DNA of 64,000 nt from the IMG/VR virus record IMGVR_UViG_3300014204_000136. One strand, 5' to 3'. Within the stretch, counting starts at the first letter, position 1. Every line of letters starts with the position of its first letter. The DNA comes from an uncultured virus (IMG/VR IMGVR_UViG_3300014204_000136) (taxonomy: Duplodnaviria; Heunggongvirae; Uroviricota; Caudoviricetes). Both the position numbers and the translations under genes were made by a program. Of the stretch, positions 49,839 through 61,310 are shown piece after piece. The notes beneath the pieces are model-generated. The model was not told the origin of the DNA, ran no database searches, and worked only from the letters and a program-made list of their open reading frames with translations.

Positions 49839-50480
49839 ATGTCCAAATACAACGTAACAAAAGATATTAATTCAGAAAGCCGCCAGAATAATTTTATGGG
49901 GCCTGGTATTCACGAGAATGTAGAATTAAAACATCTCGACCCTGAAACATATCCTATTGTATATGGAGAATCAAAAAAAGGTAACAAGTTTGCAGCTTTT
50001 CATTTTATTAACGAAAAAGGAGAAGTACTGATTCACACTGAATATGAACCTTCAGATCCAGATCAGGAAAAACTTGAAAACAAAACATTAAATCAGATCA
50101 AGAGGTTTAAACATATCATTACAAAATTCATTCCTGAAGATGATTTCATCTTTGAAAGTGAAAACTTTGAAGATTTTGTAAAGAAGAGTATACAAATACT
50201 AGGTAACAAATATGTAGGTAAGAAAGTCAGAGTTAAGGTAACTCTTAACAATAATGATTTTACCTCATTACCAAATTATGTTCCTTTCATAGAATTGATG
50301 AGTACTGAAAAGAGTAAACTCTCAATTAATACAGCTATGGATAAAATGGTCAAAGGTAAAGCTGACGTGGAAACATCCAACAATACTAATCCTTTTGCAG
50401 GTACTGTAGAAGAAGATACCATTCAGGCAACTATGAATTCTGATAACACAATGAATGACGTAGAAAATATGCCATTCTAA
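49839..50480 (+). CDS. putative single-stranded DNA-binding protein
   Basis: between ATPase and primase; acidic tail ending MPF. Confidence 0.55.
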   Translation: MSKYNVTKDINSESRQNNFMGPGIHENVELKHLDPETYPIVYGESKKGNKFAAFHFINEKGEVLIHTEYEPSDPDQEKLENKTLNQIKRFKHIITKFIPEDDFIFESENFEDFVKKSIQILGNKYVGKKVRVKVTLNNNDFTSLPNYVPFIELMSTEKSKLSINTAMDKMVKGKADVETSNNTNPFAGTVEEDTIQATMNSDNTMNDVENMPF

Positions 50481-50546
50481 CATATATAGGTAGAAGGGGG
50501 AGAAGGAGATGATGTCTCCTATCCCCTAACTATCATCTCTACAATT

Positions 50547-51653
50547 ATGATTTATAACACAAAAAATGTTATAGAAGAACTAACATTAGATGAGTTACTC
50601 AAACGAGTTACTGAATATGATATATATCATTATTATTTAGGTAACAAATTTAAAGTAAATCATGTGATGTCTTCACCTTTTCATGAGGACAAACATCCCT
50701 CTTTTGGAGTATTTAAGTCTGATACAGGTGCATTATTATGGAAAGATCAATCTACAGGTAAGGTAGGTAATGTAGTTACATTTGTGAAAGAAATTGAAGA
50801 TTTTTACCATAATAAACAAGCACTGAAACATATTTATAATAAATTCGTAAAAGGAGAGATAGTAAGTACTAAGGAAGGATTGAGGGTTAAAGAATATTTT
50901 AATAGATTACGTAGAAATATTTCTATTAAAAGGCAGAACTTTACAAAAAATGATGATGAATATTGGGGAAAATACCAAATTTCACGAGAAACTTTAAAGA
51001 AATTTAATGTTTTTCCTATAGAATTCTTCTGGGTTGATGATATGTTACAAACTTTTAGATATTCTAAAGAGCAACCTATGTATGCTTATAAAATATTTGA
51101 TAAATTTAAAATATATCGACCATATTCTGAATATAAAAAAGATAAATGGCGTACAAATTGTGCATCAATTGATATTCAAGGATATGAACAACTGCCAGAT
51201 ACAGGTGATCTACTAATATTAACAAAGTCATTAAAGGATGTCATGGTTTTTTATGAACTAGGATATACTTCTGTAGCACTCCAATCTGAAAACGACAAAC
51301 TAAATCATAAAATTTATACAGATTTATCAGAGAGATTTAAGAAGATCGTTATATTGTTTGACAATGACAGACCAGGAATAGAAGCTGCTATAAAATTAGC
51401 AGATGAATATAATTTACCATATACTATGATTGATTCAAGTAATTTAACATTATATAATGTTAAAGATATTAGTGATTATATTAGTATGTTTGGTAAAGAA
51501 CAAACAATAGAGTTACTTAAATCTTTATTTAACATGGAAGAAGAAAAGAAATTAACACCTGAGGTAGAAATCATTAAGGATGTATTTGCTACGTTAGAAT
51601 CTTATTTTAACTTAGATGGAAACAACGACAAACAAGAAGATAAAAAATGCTAG
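50547..51653 (+). CDS. DNA primase (DnaG-like, Toprim)
   Basis: SPFHEDKHPSF, TKSLKDVM, LFDNDRPG, KDISDY. Confidence 0.85.
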   Translation: MIYNTKNVIEELTLDELLKRVTEYDIYHYYLGNKFKVNHVMSSPFHEDKHPSFGVFKSDTGALLWKDQSTGKVGNVVTFVKEIEDFYHNKQALKHIYNKFVKGEIVSTKEGLRVKEYFNRLRRNISIKRQNFTKNDDEYWGKYQISRETLKKFNVFPIEFFWVDDMLQTFRYSKEQPMYAYKIFDKFKIYRPYSEYKKDKWRTNCASIDIQGYEQLPDTGDLLILTKSLKDVMVFYELGYTSVALQSENDKLNHKIYTDLSERFKKIVILFDNDRPGIEAAIKLADEYNLPYTMIDSSNLTLYNVKDISDYISMFGKEQTIELLKSLFNMEEEKKLTPEVEIIKDVFATLESYFNLDGNNDKQEDKKC

Positions 51654-52083
51654 TCGTGTTATTTACGATGGAGTCACTTTCCGTAGTAAATTAGAAGTAT
51701 ACTGTTATAAAAAGTTAAAAGAAGCCAACATAGATTTTACATACGAAAATAATACCTACAATTTGATTCCAGCATTTAATTATGGTGGTAGTTTATATGA
51801 ACCTTATAAGAAACCAAGAACTACAAAATGGTTATTTGAGGAAAAGGATAGTAAGATACATGGCATGTCCTACAAACCAGATTTTGTTGGGGACAACTGG
51901 ATAATAGAATGTAAAGGTAAAGCCAATGATGCTTTTCCATTACGTTGGAAATTATTCAAATATCTACTTACTCAACTACATTTAAACTATGACCTATATT
52001 TACCAAAAAATCAGACTCATATAGATGAATGTGTGAGATTAATAATAGAGAAACAGAATGCCGGAAGAAAAAGATTACTTTAA
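51616..52083 (+). CDS. PD-(D/E)XK endonuclease (Holliday junction resolvase-like)
   Basis: FRSKLE, YKPDF, IIECKG. Confidence 0.75.
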   Translation: METTTNKKIKNASRVIYDGVTFRSKLEVYCYKKLKEANIDFTYENNTYNLIPAFNYGGSLYEPYKKPRTTKWLFEEKDSKIHGMSYKPDFVGDNWIIECKGKANDAFPLRWKLFKYLLTQLHLNYDLYLPKNQTHIDECVRLIIEKQNAGRKRLL

Positions 52084-53017
52084 AATTAGAGGTGTATCTT
52101 CTCATACATTACAATACTTTGAGGAATCTCCATTAAGTTTTAAAAAGAAACTTGATGAAGAGCTTGAAGAAGATGACAAGAAATACCTTGAGTTTGGTAA
52201 ACAGGTTCATATGAGAATATTAGAACCCAAACGATTTAAACAGTCATATACTGTATTAGATTACGATACACCAAAGTCAGAACAACAAAAACAATTTTGT
52301 GAAGATTATGTAGGAAACAATGATCTTTTAGTATCATATAGTAATAATTATAAAGTTACTACTAGTGATGAAAAAGTCTTGGTACAGGCAACGTTATTAA
52401 AAGATAAACTATCTAAGTATATAGAATATCTTAGTAAACGGAAGAAGTATAAAGACATTTTAACATTTGCTAAAAAACAGAAAATAGATACCTGTTATGC
52501 TGAATGTGTTAAACATAAAGCAGCAAGCAAATTATTATTTGATAATGAATTCTCTACTGATAAGACTTATAATGAATTAGAGATACTATGGAAACACCCA
52601 TTATATCCAGAAATGCAATGTAAGTCTATGATTGATAGATTAATAGTAGATGAGACCAATAAAGTTATAAAGATAGTTGATATTAAAACAGCAATATCAT
52701 TCAAGAATTTTAAGGATCAATTTAAGGAATTTAACTATGCTAGGCAGATGTCATTCTATATATTTGCTGCATTCTATTATCTTATGCACATTGAAAAGAT
52801 CAATGTAGAAGATTATCATGCAGAAGTATATTTAGTGGTAATAAAACATCAACCACATACAGAGGTTAAAATTATACAACTATCTGAAGAGTCAATAAAT
52901 AAAGCAATCTATGATATAGAAGTTTTATTTAGAGATATCTATTGGCATTGGACTGCAGATCTATGGGATTACAGTAAAGAATATTATGAAGGAAACGGTA
53001 TTGAAAAAATAGAATAA
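52058..53017 (+). CDS. PD-(D/E)XK exonuclease (RecE/ExoVIII-like)
   Basis: FGKQVH, KSMIDRL, VDIKT, YARQMSFY. Confidence 0.75.
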   Translation: MPEEKDYFKIRGVSSHTLQYFEESPLSFKKKLDEELEEDDKKYLEFGKQVHMRILEPKRFKQSYTVLDYDTPKSEQQKQFCEDYVGNNDLLVSYSNNYKVTTSDEKVLVQATLLKDKLSKYIEYLSKRKKYKDILTFAKKQKIDTCYAECVKHKAASKLLFDNEFSTDKTYNELEILWKHPLYPEMQCKSMIDRLIVDETNKVIKIVDIKTAISFKNFKDQFKEFNYARQMSFYIFAAFYYLMHIEKINVEDYHAEVYLVVIKHQPHTEVKIIQLSEESINKAIYDIEVLFRDIYWHWTADLWDYSKEYYEGNGIEKIE

Positions 53018-53018
53018 A

Positions 53019-53525
53019 ATGGAATTACTAAGTTTAAATAATAACCAATCATGTTATTTTTTAGTCCCATTATTATTCTCAAAAGATACAAAAAGTTCTC
53101 AGATTTTTAATGAAAACTTTAAAAATGCATATATTGCAGATTTTAAAAAGATACAGCATGATGATAAAGTGTTGCTTGTTTACAATAAATATTCAATTGA
53201 TATTCCTGTAACCACAAGAGATGACAAATACAAGTTTGAAAATAACGATGTACTGGTATACAAAATACCAGAAGAATTCTCTGACGATTATGGGAAATTT
53301 TTACGTGGTGAATGGTCGAAGATATCAGATAATGCTAAGAAGTTAATCCTTAGTTTCTGGGATCAAGATGGCAAGTCACTACTATTTGGTATATTACACA
53401 AAACAATTACACCAGGATTAAAGTCTTTCTACTCCAAACTTAAAGTAAACCCTAAGAAGGATTTTCAGAAAGATGAAGAATACTGGTACAATCCACAATT
53501 AACAAAAGAGGTGTTGGGACTTTAA
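53019..53525 (+). CDS. conserved crAss-like hypothetical protein
   Basis: 168 aa; DYGKFLRGEWSKIS. Confidence 0.6.
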   Translation: MELLSLNNNQSCYFLVPLLFSKDTKSSQIFNENFKNAYIADFKKIQHDDKVLLVYNKYSIDIPVTTRDDKYKFENNDVLVYKIPEEFSDDYGKFLRGEWSKISDNAKKLILSFWDQDGKSLLFGILHKTITPGLKSFYSKLKVNPKKDFQKDEEYWYNPQLTKEVLGL

Positions 53526-53563
53526 TCCCAACACTCTCTATAACTCTCTAACAATATCAGATT

Positions 53564-54013
53564 ATGAGTACACTTTTAGATTCACAGGTACAGACAATGT
53601 ACAACTATTTAGTAGATATTTATGCTACTAAAATTGAAAATTTAGTAAATCAAGAAATAAAGAGAATCAAACAATCTGATGAATACGTTACTATGGATAG
53701 TATAATTCGTAATGCTATTATCACTACAACAGGTGAAATTGGTGTTGCAAATGATTATACTCCCATGATTATTAATAGGAAATTTCTGAATATTAATAGA
53801 ATAAATTCGACTTATTCCTTTAAAAACTTTATTTATAAGAAAATTAAAGCAATCCTATCAACTTTAGCAGATTCTGCTACATTTGAAGAATTGACAGAAT
53901 CCGTAGAATCAAAATTAGGATTTAATGAACTATTTAATCTATTCAAAGCAGGTAAGTCTTATGAATCTTATGATTTAGATGAAGACGAATTTGTTGATGA
54001 AGATGATGAATAA
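53564..54013 (+). CDS. hypothetical protein
   Basis: 149 aa, acidic tail. Confidence 0.55.
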   Translation: MSTLLDSQVQTMYNYLVDIYATKIENLVNQEIKRIKQSDEYVTMDSIIRNAIITTTGEIGVANDYTPMIINRKFLNINRINSTYSFKNFIYKKIKAILSTLADSATFEELTESVESKLGFNELFNLFKAGKSYESYDLDEDEFVDEDDE

Positions 54014-54057
54014 CAATAATTAAAAAGCATTAAATAATAATATAAAATTTTACAGAT

Positions 54058-54924
54058 ATGGCAAACGAAACAAATGCAGTTAATGTTGTAAGTGTAAGTT
54101 TAGATAAATTCGAAGCTAAAAACACTGAAAATCTCACTTTAAATAATGAGATTAATAGTCTTAGAGAAACAGTTGCTGGACTTAAAGGTCAGGTAGAACT
54201 TGAAAGAGTATTGCGTGGGAAAGCTGAAGAAGAAGCAGAAAAGAACAAACAGACAATATGGGTACGTAAGGATAGGTGGTTAAATCCAACTAATGGTGTA
54301 CAGTTTGATATAAATTCTCCTGAATTAATTACTATCTTAAAAGAAGCTACTGATAAGACTTTAAAAGAACAAGTAGAAACATTGCAAGAATCTAATAAAC
54401 AGTATCTTGCTGACATAGAAGATATGCGTTTCAATAATGATCGTGATATTACAAGAATGTCACAAGATCATTTACTTAAAGTAGATAGTATTGAAGATAA
54501 GTATACTAAGAAAGTAAAGAATCTTCAGGACGAAATATCTGATTTGAAGAAAGATTATGAAAATCTTAAACTTGATAAGGCAGAAGAAATTCTTGAGAAA
54601 GAAAGAATTGCTGAAATCGAGAAATTGAATAAGGAAATAGCAGAACTTAAGGGCAAACAAGAAGTTATTGAACATTCTGGATTTTTGTATTGGTTATTTA
54701 AGAAGTATATTGATCGCAAGGCTGACGAATTAGTAATGGATCGGGAATGGAGAACTAATCGTAATATTAATAGAGTAGATGAATCATCTGCTATTAAGAA
54801 AGCTCGTAAGTTCCTTCAGTCTTTTACATCACTTTCTAAATCATCTAATGATTGTTGTGAACCAAAGGTATGTAGAGAATCATATCCAACAAGTTCATAC
54901 GAATGGATATCACGTCCTTGGTAA
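54058..54924 (+). CDS. coiled-coil protein
   Basis: 288 aa with heptad pattern. Confidence 0.6.
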   Translation: MANETNAVNVVSVSLDKFEAKNTENLTLNNEINSLRETVAGLKGQVELERVLRGKAEEEAEKNKQTIWVRKDRWLNPTNGVQFDINSPELITILKEATDKTLKEQVETLQESNKQYLADIEDMRFNNDRDITRMSQDHLLKVDSIEDKYTKKVKNLQDEISDLKKDYENLKLDKAEEILEKERIAEIEKLNKEIAELKGKQEVIEHSGFLYWLFKKYIDRKADELVMDREWRTNRNINRVDESSAIKKARKFLQSFTSLSKSSNDCCEPKVCRESYPTSSYEWISRPW

Positions 54925-54956
54925 TACTCCATTAAGTATAAATGATAACTAATAAG

Positions 54957-55017
54957 AAAGGGGACAATCGTCCCCTTTTATGTATATAAAGAAGGGGGAT
55001 TCAAAGTCCCCCTTTTT
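54957..55017. terminator. tandem bidirectional terminators at the convergence of the two arms
   Basis: AAAGGGGAC-AATC-GTCCCCTTTT and AAGGGGGAT-TCAAA-GTCCCCCTTTTT. Confidence 0.75.
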
Positions 55018-55028
55018 GTCTGGCCCAT

Positions 55029-58000
55029 TTATCGAGCAAATATTGGTATTTGTGTGTCTATATTCTTTAATCGATATCCTTGTCTTAGTACAGGAGTTAA
55101 ATTAACTAAATCTTTGTATAGTTTTAACTGACCTTCCCAAGGTCCCCGCTCATAAGTCTCTAAAGGATTAAATGCTTGCATTATAAATTTCATAGCATTC
55201 TCAAACATTGACATTGATGCCATTGGGGATCTTAATATATTACTTGCTTGTTTAGGACTTATATAAAACATAAGTTCAGACTTTAACCTAAATAATTGGT
55301 ATATTAAAAAGTTATCAGCATATGTAAGTTCTTCGTCATCATCCCCCTCTATAAGTCTTGTTAAGGTTATTATTAAGGCTATATTAACTAATTCAAGTAA
55401 AGTACGAATACAGTTAGCTTTTTCAAAATCAGATAACTCTACCCATCGCTCTCCCCATGTCATAGTTTTCATTTCAGATAATTTAGACTCTAAATCTCTT
55501 CTTAATAAATTAACATTTACAAAGTCCTTAATATCCCCAAATGCAGGTTTAATAATTTTTTTCCATGTAGTTACATACATTCCTTCTACACTCTTTTGAA
55601 TTCTTTCTTCATATCTTTCCTTACCCCAGTGTCTACGAATACCTGGTACCATAAATCTACGGAACATATATGCCATTGCTAATAATGCATTCTGTTCTGC
55701 TGCTACTTTAGCAAGATTGGAATAATCCCCATGTATACGTCCTAATTCACCTTCTACTTTTAATTTAAAGTTCTCCCTATCTTGATGTTCAGGAGTATCT
55801 TCCCATTGTGATCTAACTAAATCTACTTTACCATCTTTGTCAAAAACTAATTTACCATTTTCATCAAGTTTGTAAAAATCCCTAATAGAACCTATATCTT
55901 TACCATCTTTATCATACGCTCTCTTATGATATAACATAGCATCTAACATCTTAACTCTCATAAAATATTCACCCCATGTATTTGTTAAGGAAATAAAATC
56001 TTGTAAATCTAAGGATGCCATTCTTGATGCCTTTCCGAGTTCACCTGGACTTGGCATTTCTGTTATATCAAAATGTTGTGCCAATAAATTGAGTTCATTG
56101 GTAGGAGTACGAGTACCTATATCTGTCATTATACCTACTAAGTTCTCAGCAAAGTCTACGTGTGCTTTACCATATGATTTAGGATCTATAAGTTCGCCTG
56201 CAATTGATTCTATCCATTGTGATATTTCTCCTAATGATACGTTACTTACACTCATTATTGCATTTAAACCCATTAAGTTAGCTGCTGTATATTTCTTAAC
56301 AAATTTCAACATCTTACCTATGTCTATACCAAATAAGGTACCCATGTCTTTTTCTGCTTGACCAAAATGCGTAACTTCAAGCCATATATTTAACATCTGA
56401 GATATATTACCACCAACTACTACTGCACTATCATTACCAGATATATTCAATAGTTCCTTCATCTTTTTCTTAGCCTGTTTAAGTGTACTTGTAGTACCAC
56501 TCTTTGAAACTTCACGTTGCGCAATAATATTTCTAAACATATCAATCTCAGCAAGATTAGTATGTTTCATTTTATAATTTATAGCAGAACTTAAATAAGA
56601 AAAGTAGATACCTAATAAATCAAAACTTTGATTATCTTCATCAAATACCCATTCTTCACCTTCTTTTTTTAATACTTTATTGGTAAAATGAGTTGGTATC
56701 CAATATAAGGCTTCTCCTTTTTCATTTATAATTTCCTTACTTCTATGAGTATCATCTACTTGAAAAGTAAAAGTTTTATTTAGAGAGTTAGTTATTATAG
56801 CCCATAGATTTTGACCAGATGCAAATCTTTCATTCTTTTGTTTTATAACACCAGGTAGGTGTGTTCCTATTGCTAAACTTGAAGGTATTCTTGAATCACC
56901 TTCTCTTTGCATTTCTACAATCGTATTATATACTTTAGTACGAACATCATTAGGATCACTTAAGATCTTCTGTAATTCATCCCATTGTTTATTCTCAATA
57001 CCCTCACCAAGTTCCCTATACGAATTTCTATTCTTTTTTATCCATTCATATACTAAGTTACCAGTTTCTTCTGTTATATTACCATCAATAATGAACTGTT
57101 TAACATCAAAATATTTATCTTTTACTAATAATTTACTATTTAAGAAATCAACTTCATTCTCAGTAATTTTCTTAGTTGGATCTGTAGACTCAAAAGACTC
57201 TACTAAAAATTTCTGTAAACCTTCTATATAGGCATCTTCATTTAGTGGCATGTTTATTTCATACCAGGCGTTAACAAAGGCACGTCTCATTCTTGAATTA
57301 GTGTAAAATTCGGCAGCCAATAATATTCTTTTGTGTTCCTCAAGTAAATAAGATGGAAATTTAGTTATTATATGACCAGTAAGTTTATGTGTTTTGGAAT
57401 CTCTCTCTAACATAAAATCGTATATATCTGAATAATCATTAAATGTCTTACCACTAGTCCTCATATAATCCTCAAACTCTCTTGCTATTTCAACACGTTT
57501 AAGTCTTTCTTCTTCTACTTTAAACCTTACCTCATCATCTAATATAGATAACTTTTTAACATAGGCACCTATAACTGGATCAGCACTATCAAGAATGTTA
57601 TCAAATAACATCTCTAAATAGTTAACATCCTGTTTAGCCATCTTTAATTCTTTACGTATGGCCAATTTAGTTTCTGAATCTATAGTATCTTTATTTACTA
57701 AATATCTTTGAGATACATATTCATCTTGTGTTAAATCTCTATTAAAATTATCAGGTACCTTCTTATCTAATAACTTACCTTTAGCCTGTTGTTTTATCCA
57801 GTTATGATATCTTCGGTATTCTCTTTTGTAACTTTCTATCTGTTCAACCTTAATTCTACTATAATATGGTACAATAGCATCAACTAATAATTCTATAGAC
57901 CTATTCTTATATTCTATTTCAACATAGGCTAAATGTTTTATTGATTGAGATAACATATCTCTATTCTCAATACCACCTACATTACCAAAAGTATTAGTAA

Positions 58001-61000
58001 GGTATGTTTCTATATCTTTTAAAACTGCAAATGAAGCAGTCATATTCCTATACCTATTAAGTCTTTGTTTAGTAATTGTTGTAGTACCTTTATTTGCCTT
58101 CCTTAATTCTTCCTCTGCATTAGCCAATAAACCATAGGCATAATTAACAACATCTGTCATAGCTTGTGCAGGTTCATCAAAATTAGTTATTACAGATTTG
58201 ATAAGATCTTGTATATCTAAAGCATTTATTTTGTTACCATATATTTTTTCTACATTCATTCTTCGTGATAAACTAGTAAGAGTTTTCATTAGAACTTCCT
58301 GTATTTCAGTCAACGCCTCTTTCTGTTCACGTACATGTTTAGTATAAAAATCCTCATACTGTTCCATTACTAACTTATTAGTAATGTCATCACTATCTAC
58401 AACATCAGAAGCATATTCTTCTTTACGACTCTCTGCAAATATATCTGAGAATAATAGAGAAGACAAAGGTGATCTCTTTAATTCTATTAATGGTTCATTA
58501 TTACCAGTTAAATCTGAAGTATAAGTATTATTATCTTTAGTATATACTGGCATAGTAAATCTATACTTAGGATCTACATTAGCAAATCTTGTATTAAATG
58601 TACCTACAATATAATTTAACCTCATAGTGTGACGATCCTTTTCGGATCCTGGTAAGAATAATCCCCTTTCTTCTGGCATTTTGAGTTTCTCAAAATCACT
58701 CATTTCGCCATTAGTATCATTTAATTGTACTACAGAATATACAACACTCTTCTTACCATCTTCTGTTGGTGCCGTATGAATAATAATAAAATCTATAATA
58801 TCAAAGTTACCCTGTGCATAGTTATGTACATGAGCATTTAATATAACATAGGCATCTTTACCAAACTTATCATGAAATTGATTCACTATCATTTGTTTAG
58901 TTGCATCATCAAGATTATACCTACCATTATAATTCTTCATAGCTTTATCTATAGAACTAAATCCCCAGTTCAAAGTCATGTCTGGTAATGGTTTCTCTTT
59001 AAGTCTTAATGTTGAACCAGCACCACCAAAATTAATTCTATTGATAGAATGTTCTACTGTTTCAAAGTTTGTGGGATCTATAGGATTATTACTACGTTCT
59101 TTAAATTTAGTATGTAAAGCACTAAGATATTTTAATACGTTTTGAGTATTCTCAGCAATACTACCTACATTAGTACTTGTACTTAACCATATATTAGAAA
59201 TATACTTTTGTAATGCTATTTCCTTATCATCTATATTATTCTTAAGACCTATCTTAGTATTATATGACAGTAATGAATCAAATAACTGATTGTAATAACT
59301 CTTAGATGGACGTATATCCTCTGCTAACTGTGACCATTTACCAGTAAAGAAGTCTGTAATAAGTTTAATAAAACGTTCCCACCAGTTATACTTCATCTCT
59401 TTGAGTTCCTTGATAACTGCATTATTAGCCAAACCTTCTACAACAAACTCTGCTAAGGATGTATAACCGTATGTGCCCACCTCAGCTAATTTGGACTGCT
59501 TTTTAGCCATTCTATATAGTTGGCTGACCTTTTCCTTGAACTCAAGATCGGCTTCGTTAGAAGGGCTTAAAATGGCCTCTGCGGTGTTTTGGTGACCTAA
59601 CTCATGTAAGATAGTTTCAGTAAGTAAGTCATATGAAAAGTTAGGTAATAGTATATTATCTTTAATTAGATATACTATTCGTGTATTTGTTTTAGGGTCA
59701 TAATACATGAATGCAGGACCATCTATATATTTCTTATAGAAACCATTGTGTATAGTATCAAGATCCTTTCTCTCTATAACTTTAAGTGTAGTATTACTAA
59801 CTCTAGTATTGTCTTTGAATAACTCTAATAGATCTCTTTGTTCATTAGATATACCAATCATTCGTTGTATCTGATCTAACCAATTGATTGCATCTTCATT
59901 ATTACGATTCTCATTAAAGAATGTAGTCATGTGTACTAATGTAGCATGCATCAAAGATGGATAGAATGTACCTAATTCCTCATTATTGATATCATCATAT
60001 TCAACAGGTACTGTGTTAATCCTACCCTTGAATATCTCTGGAAATCGTAATTCTAGTTGTTGACCTGCAGTAACTAAATCTGAACCCTTTATATTATTAT
60101 TATGATCTTCTATTGCTTTCTCACTAATAGTAATAGGATACCAATTGTTACCATACATGGGATCTTTAGGACCATACTTCTTAGGAATAGTATTCATTGT
60201 AATAAGACCTGGAATGGCACCATTTATAATTGATATAAAGTGATTCATCATCCTTGTCCTATTCAAGTCATCTTTAGTGGTTGGTTCTGCTTTACGATGT
60301 ATAACACCTTGATATTTAGTCTTAGCAATAGTATCACCCCAACCAAGTATTAATGATTCTACTTTTTCAACTGTAAGTTCATTATCTGATAACAATGCAG
60401 ATTTAATTTGTTGTAGATGTTCTTCTGGTAATAATTCTTTTGCCAATATAATTGATCCTTCTTTTATACCAACAAAATCATATAGTGTACCAGTATATTT
60501 TAATTCTGGAATAGATAATTTAGTATTACTTACTTTTTTTGTTAATGATTTTGCTGCATTATATAACACCTCAAATTTATATTCTTTTGTATCTTTATTA
60601 TTTGATTTTTCTAAAAAGTTATCTATATCATATTCTAATCTAACAGTATCTTTAATATAAGATATTTTAACTCCTTCGTAATATGGTTTACCAGTATTTC
60701 TAATCTTATCCAAATATTCAAAATAGGCATGTTCTCCACCACCAGTTCGTGCTTCAAGTTCATCATGAATATTGTTAAGGTAAGAATATATATTTTTAGA
60801 AGATATAATAATATTATCAGATACTGAATAATAAGCCTTACCCTGCAATTTTGGACCTAACCATTTGAGTGTTTGGTCATCATAGGTTACTAACTTTTCA
60901 ATATCATTTAATTTTGATAATTTATTTTGTTCTTCCTCTTGTTCTATATAAAATAATAAATCATTTGATAAATCAGATTGTAAATTAATTAATTCTTCTT

Positions 61001-61307
61001 TTGATAAGTCATTTATTACTAATTTTTCATAATAATTTTCATCAAATGGAGTAAAATTTTTAGATTGTTCATAATTATTAATACTATAATTTAATAAATC
61101 TAATTCATTTATAAGTTCATTAATTTTATTTTGATTAGAATTACCTATTTCTTTTAGTATACCTAATTGTTCAAGAGTAGGCCATTCATCAGTATTATTC
61201 TGTTCCATCCATACACCCATCTTAGCAGATAATAACATTGGTTCAAGACCACTATCATCTGCTAATCTCTTAAAATCTGGATGTCCTATATTTATACATT
61301 TCGCCAT
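55029..61307 (-). CDS. giant virion (ejected cargo) protein with zincin-like motif
   Basis: 2092 aa, downstream of the RNAP-like gene; HELGH...AEFVVEG motif. Confidence 0.7.
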   Translation of the reverse strand: MAKCINIGHPDFKRLADDSGLEPMLLSAKMGVWMEQNNTDEWPTLEQLGILKEIGNSNQNKINELINELDLLNYSINNYEQSKNFTPFDENYYEKLVINDLSKEELINLQSDLSNDLLFYIEQEEEQNKLSKLNDIEKLVTYDDQTLKWLGPKLQGKAYYSVSDNIIISSKNIYSYLNNIHDELEARTGGGEHAYFEYLDKIRNTGKPYYEGVKISYIKDTVRLEYDIDNFLEKSNNKDTKEYKFEVLYNAAKSLTKKVSNTKLSIPELKYTGTLYDFVGIKEGSIILAKELLPEEHLQQIKSALLSDNELTVEKVESLILGWGDTIAKTKYQGVIHRKAEPTTKDDLNRTRMMNHFISIINGAIPGLITMNTIPKKYGPKDPMYGNNWYPITISEKAIEDHNNNIKGSDLVTAGQQLELRFPEIFKGRINTVPVEYDDINNEELGTFYPSLMHATLVHMTTFFNENRNNEDAINWLDQIQRMIGISNEQRDLLELFKDNTRVSNTTLKVIERKDLDTIHNGFYKKYIDGPAFMYYDPKTNTRIVYLIKDNILLPNFSYDLLTETILHELGHQNTAEAILSPSNEADLEFKEKVSQLYRMAKKQSKLAEVGTYGYTSLAEFVVEGLANNAVIKELKEMKYNWWERFIKLITDFFTGKWSQLAEDIRPSKSYYNQLFDSLLSYNTKIGLKNNIDDKEIALQKYISNIWLSTSTNVGSIAENTQNVLKYLSALHTKFKERSNNPIDPTNFETVEHSINRINFGGAGSTLRLKEKPLPDMTLNWGFSSIDKAMKNYNGRYNLDDATKQMIVNQFHDKFGKDAYVILNAHVHNYAQGNFDIIDFIIIHTAPTEDGKKSVVYSVVQLNDTNGEMSDFEKLKMPEERGLFLPGSEKDRHTMRLNYIVGTFNTRFANVDPKYRFTMPVYTKDNNTYTSDLTGNNEPLIELKRSPLSSLLFSDIFAESRKEEYASDVVDSDDITNKLVMEQYEDFYTKHVREQKEALTEIQEVLMKTLTSLSRRMNVEKIYGNKINALDIQDLIKSVITNFDEPAQAMTDVVNYAYGLLANAEEELRKANKGTTTITKQRLNRYRNMTASFAVLKDIETYLTNTFGNVGGIENRDMLSQSIKHLAYVEIEYKNRSIELLVDAIVPYYSRIKVEQIESYKREYRRYHNWIKQQAKGKLLDKKVPDNFNRDLTQDEYVSQRYLVNKDTIDSETKLAIRKELKMAKQDVNYLEMLFDNILDSADPVIGAYVKKLSILDDEVRFKVEEERLKRVEIAREFEDYMRTSGKTFNDYSDIYDFMLERDSKTHKLTGHIITKFPSYLLEEHKRILLAAEFYTNSRMRRAFVNAWYEINMPLNEDAYIEGLQKFLVESFESTDPTKKITENEVDFLNSKLLVKDKYFDVKQFIIDGNITEETGNLVYEWIKKNRNSYRELGEGIENKQWDELQKILSDPNDVRTKVYNTIVEMQREGDSRIPSSLAIGTHLPGVIKQKNERFASGQNLWAIITNSLNKTFTFQVDDTHRSKEIINEKGEALYWIPTHFTNKVLKKEGEEWVFDEDNQSFDLLGIYFSYLSSAINYKMKHTNLAEIDMFRNIIAQREVSKSGTTSTLKQAKKKMKELLNISGNDSAVVVGGNISQMLNIWLEVTHFGQAEKDMGTLFGIDIGKMLKFVKKYTAANLMGLNAIMSVSNVSLGEISQWIESIAGELIDPKSYGKAHVDFAENLVGIMTDIGTRTPTNELNLLAQHFDITEMPSPGELGKASRMASLDLQDFISLTNTWGEYFMRVKMLDAMLYHKRAYDKDGKDIGSIRDFYKLDENGKLVFDKDGKVDLVRSQWEDTPEHQDRENFKLKVEGELGRIHGDYSNLAKVAAEQNALLAMAYMFRRFMVPGIRRHWGKERYEERIQKSVEGMYVTTWKKIIKPAFGDIKDFVNVNLLRRDLESKLSEMKTMTWGERWVELSDFEKANCIRTLLELVNIALIITLTRLIEGDDDEELTYADNFLIYQLFRLKSELMFYISPKQASNILRSPMASMSMFENAMKFIMQAFNPLETYERGPWEGQLKLYKDLVNLTPVLRQGYRLKNIDTQIPIFAR

Positions 61308-61310
61308 ATC

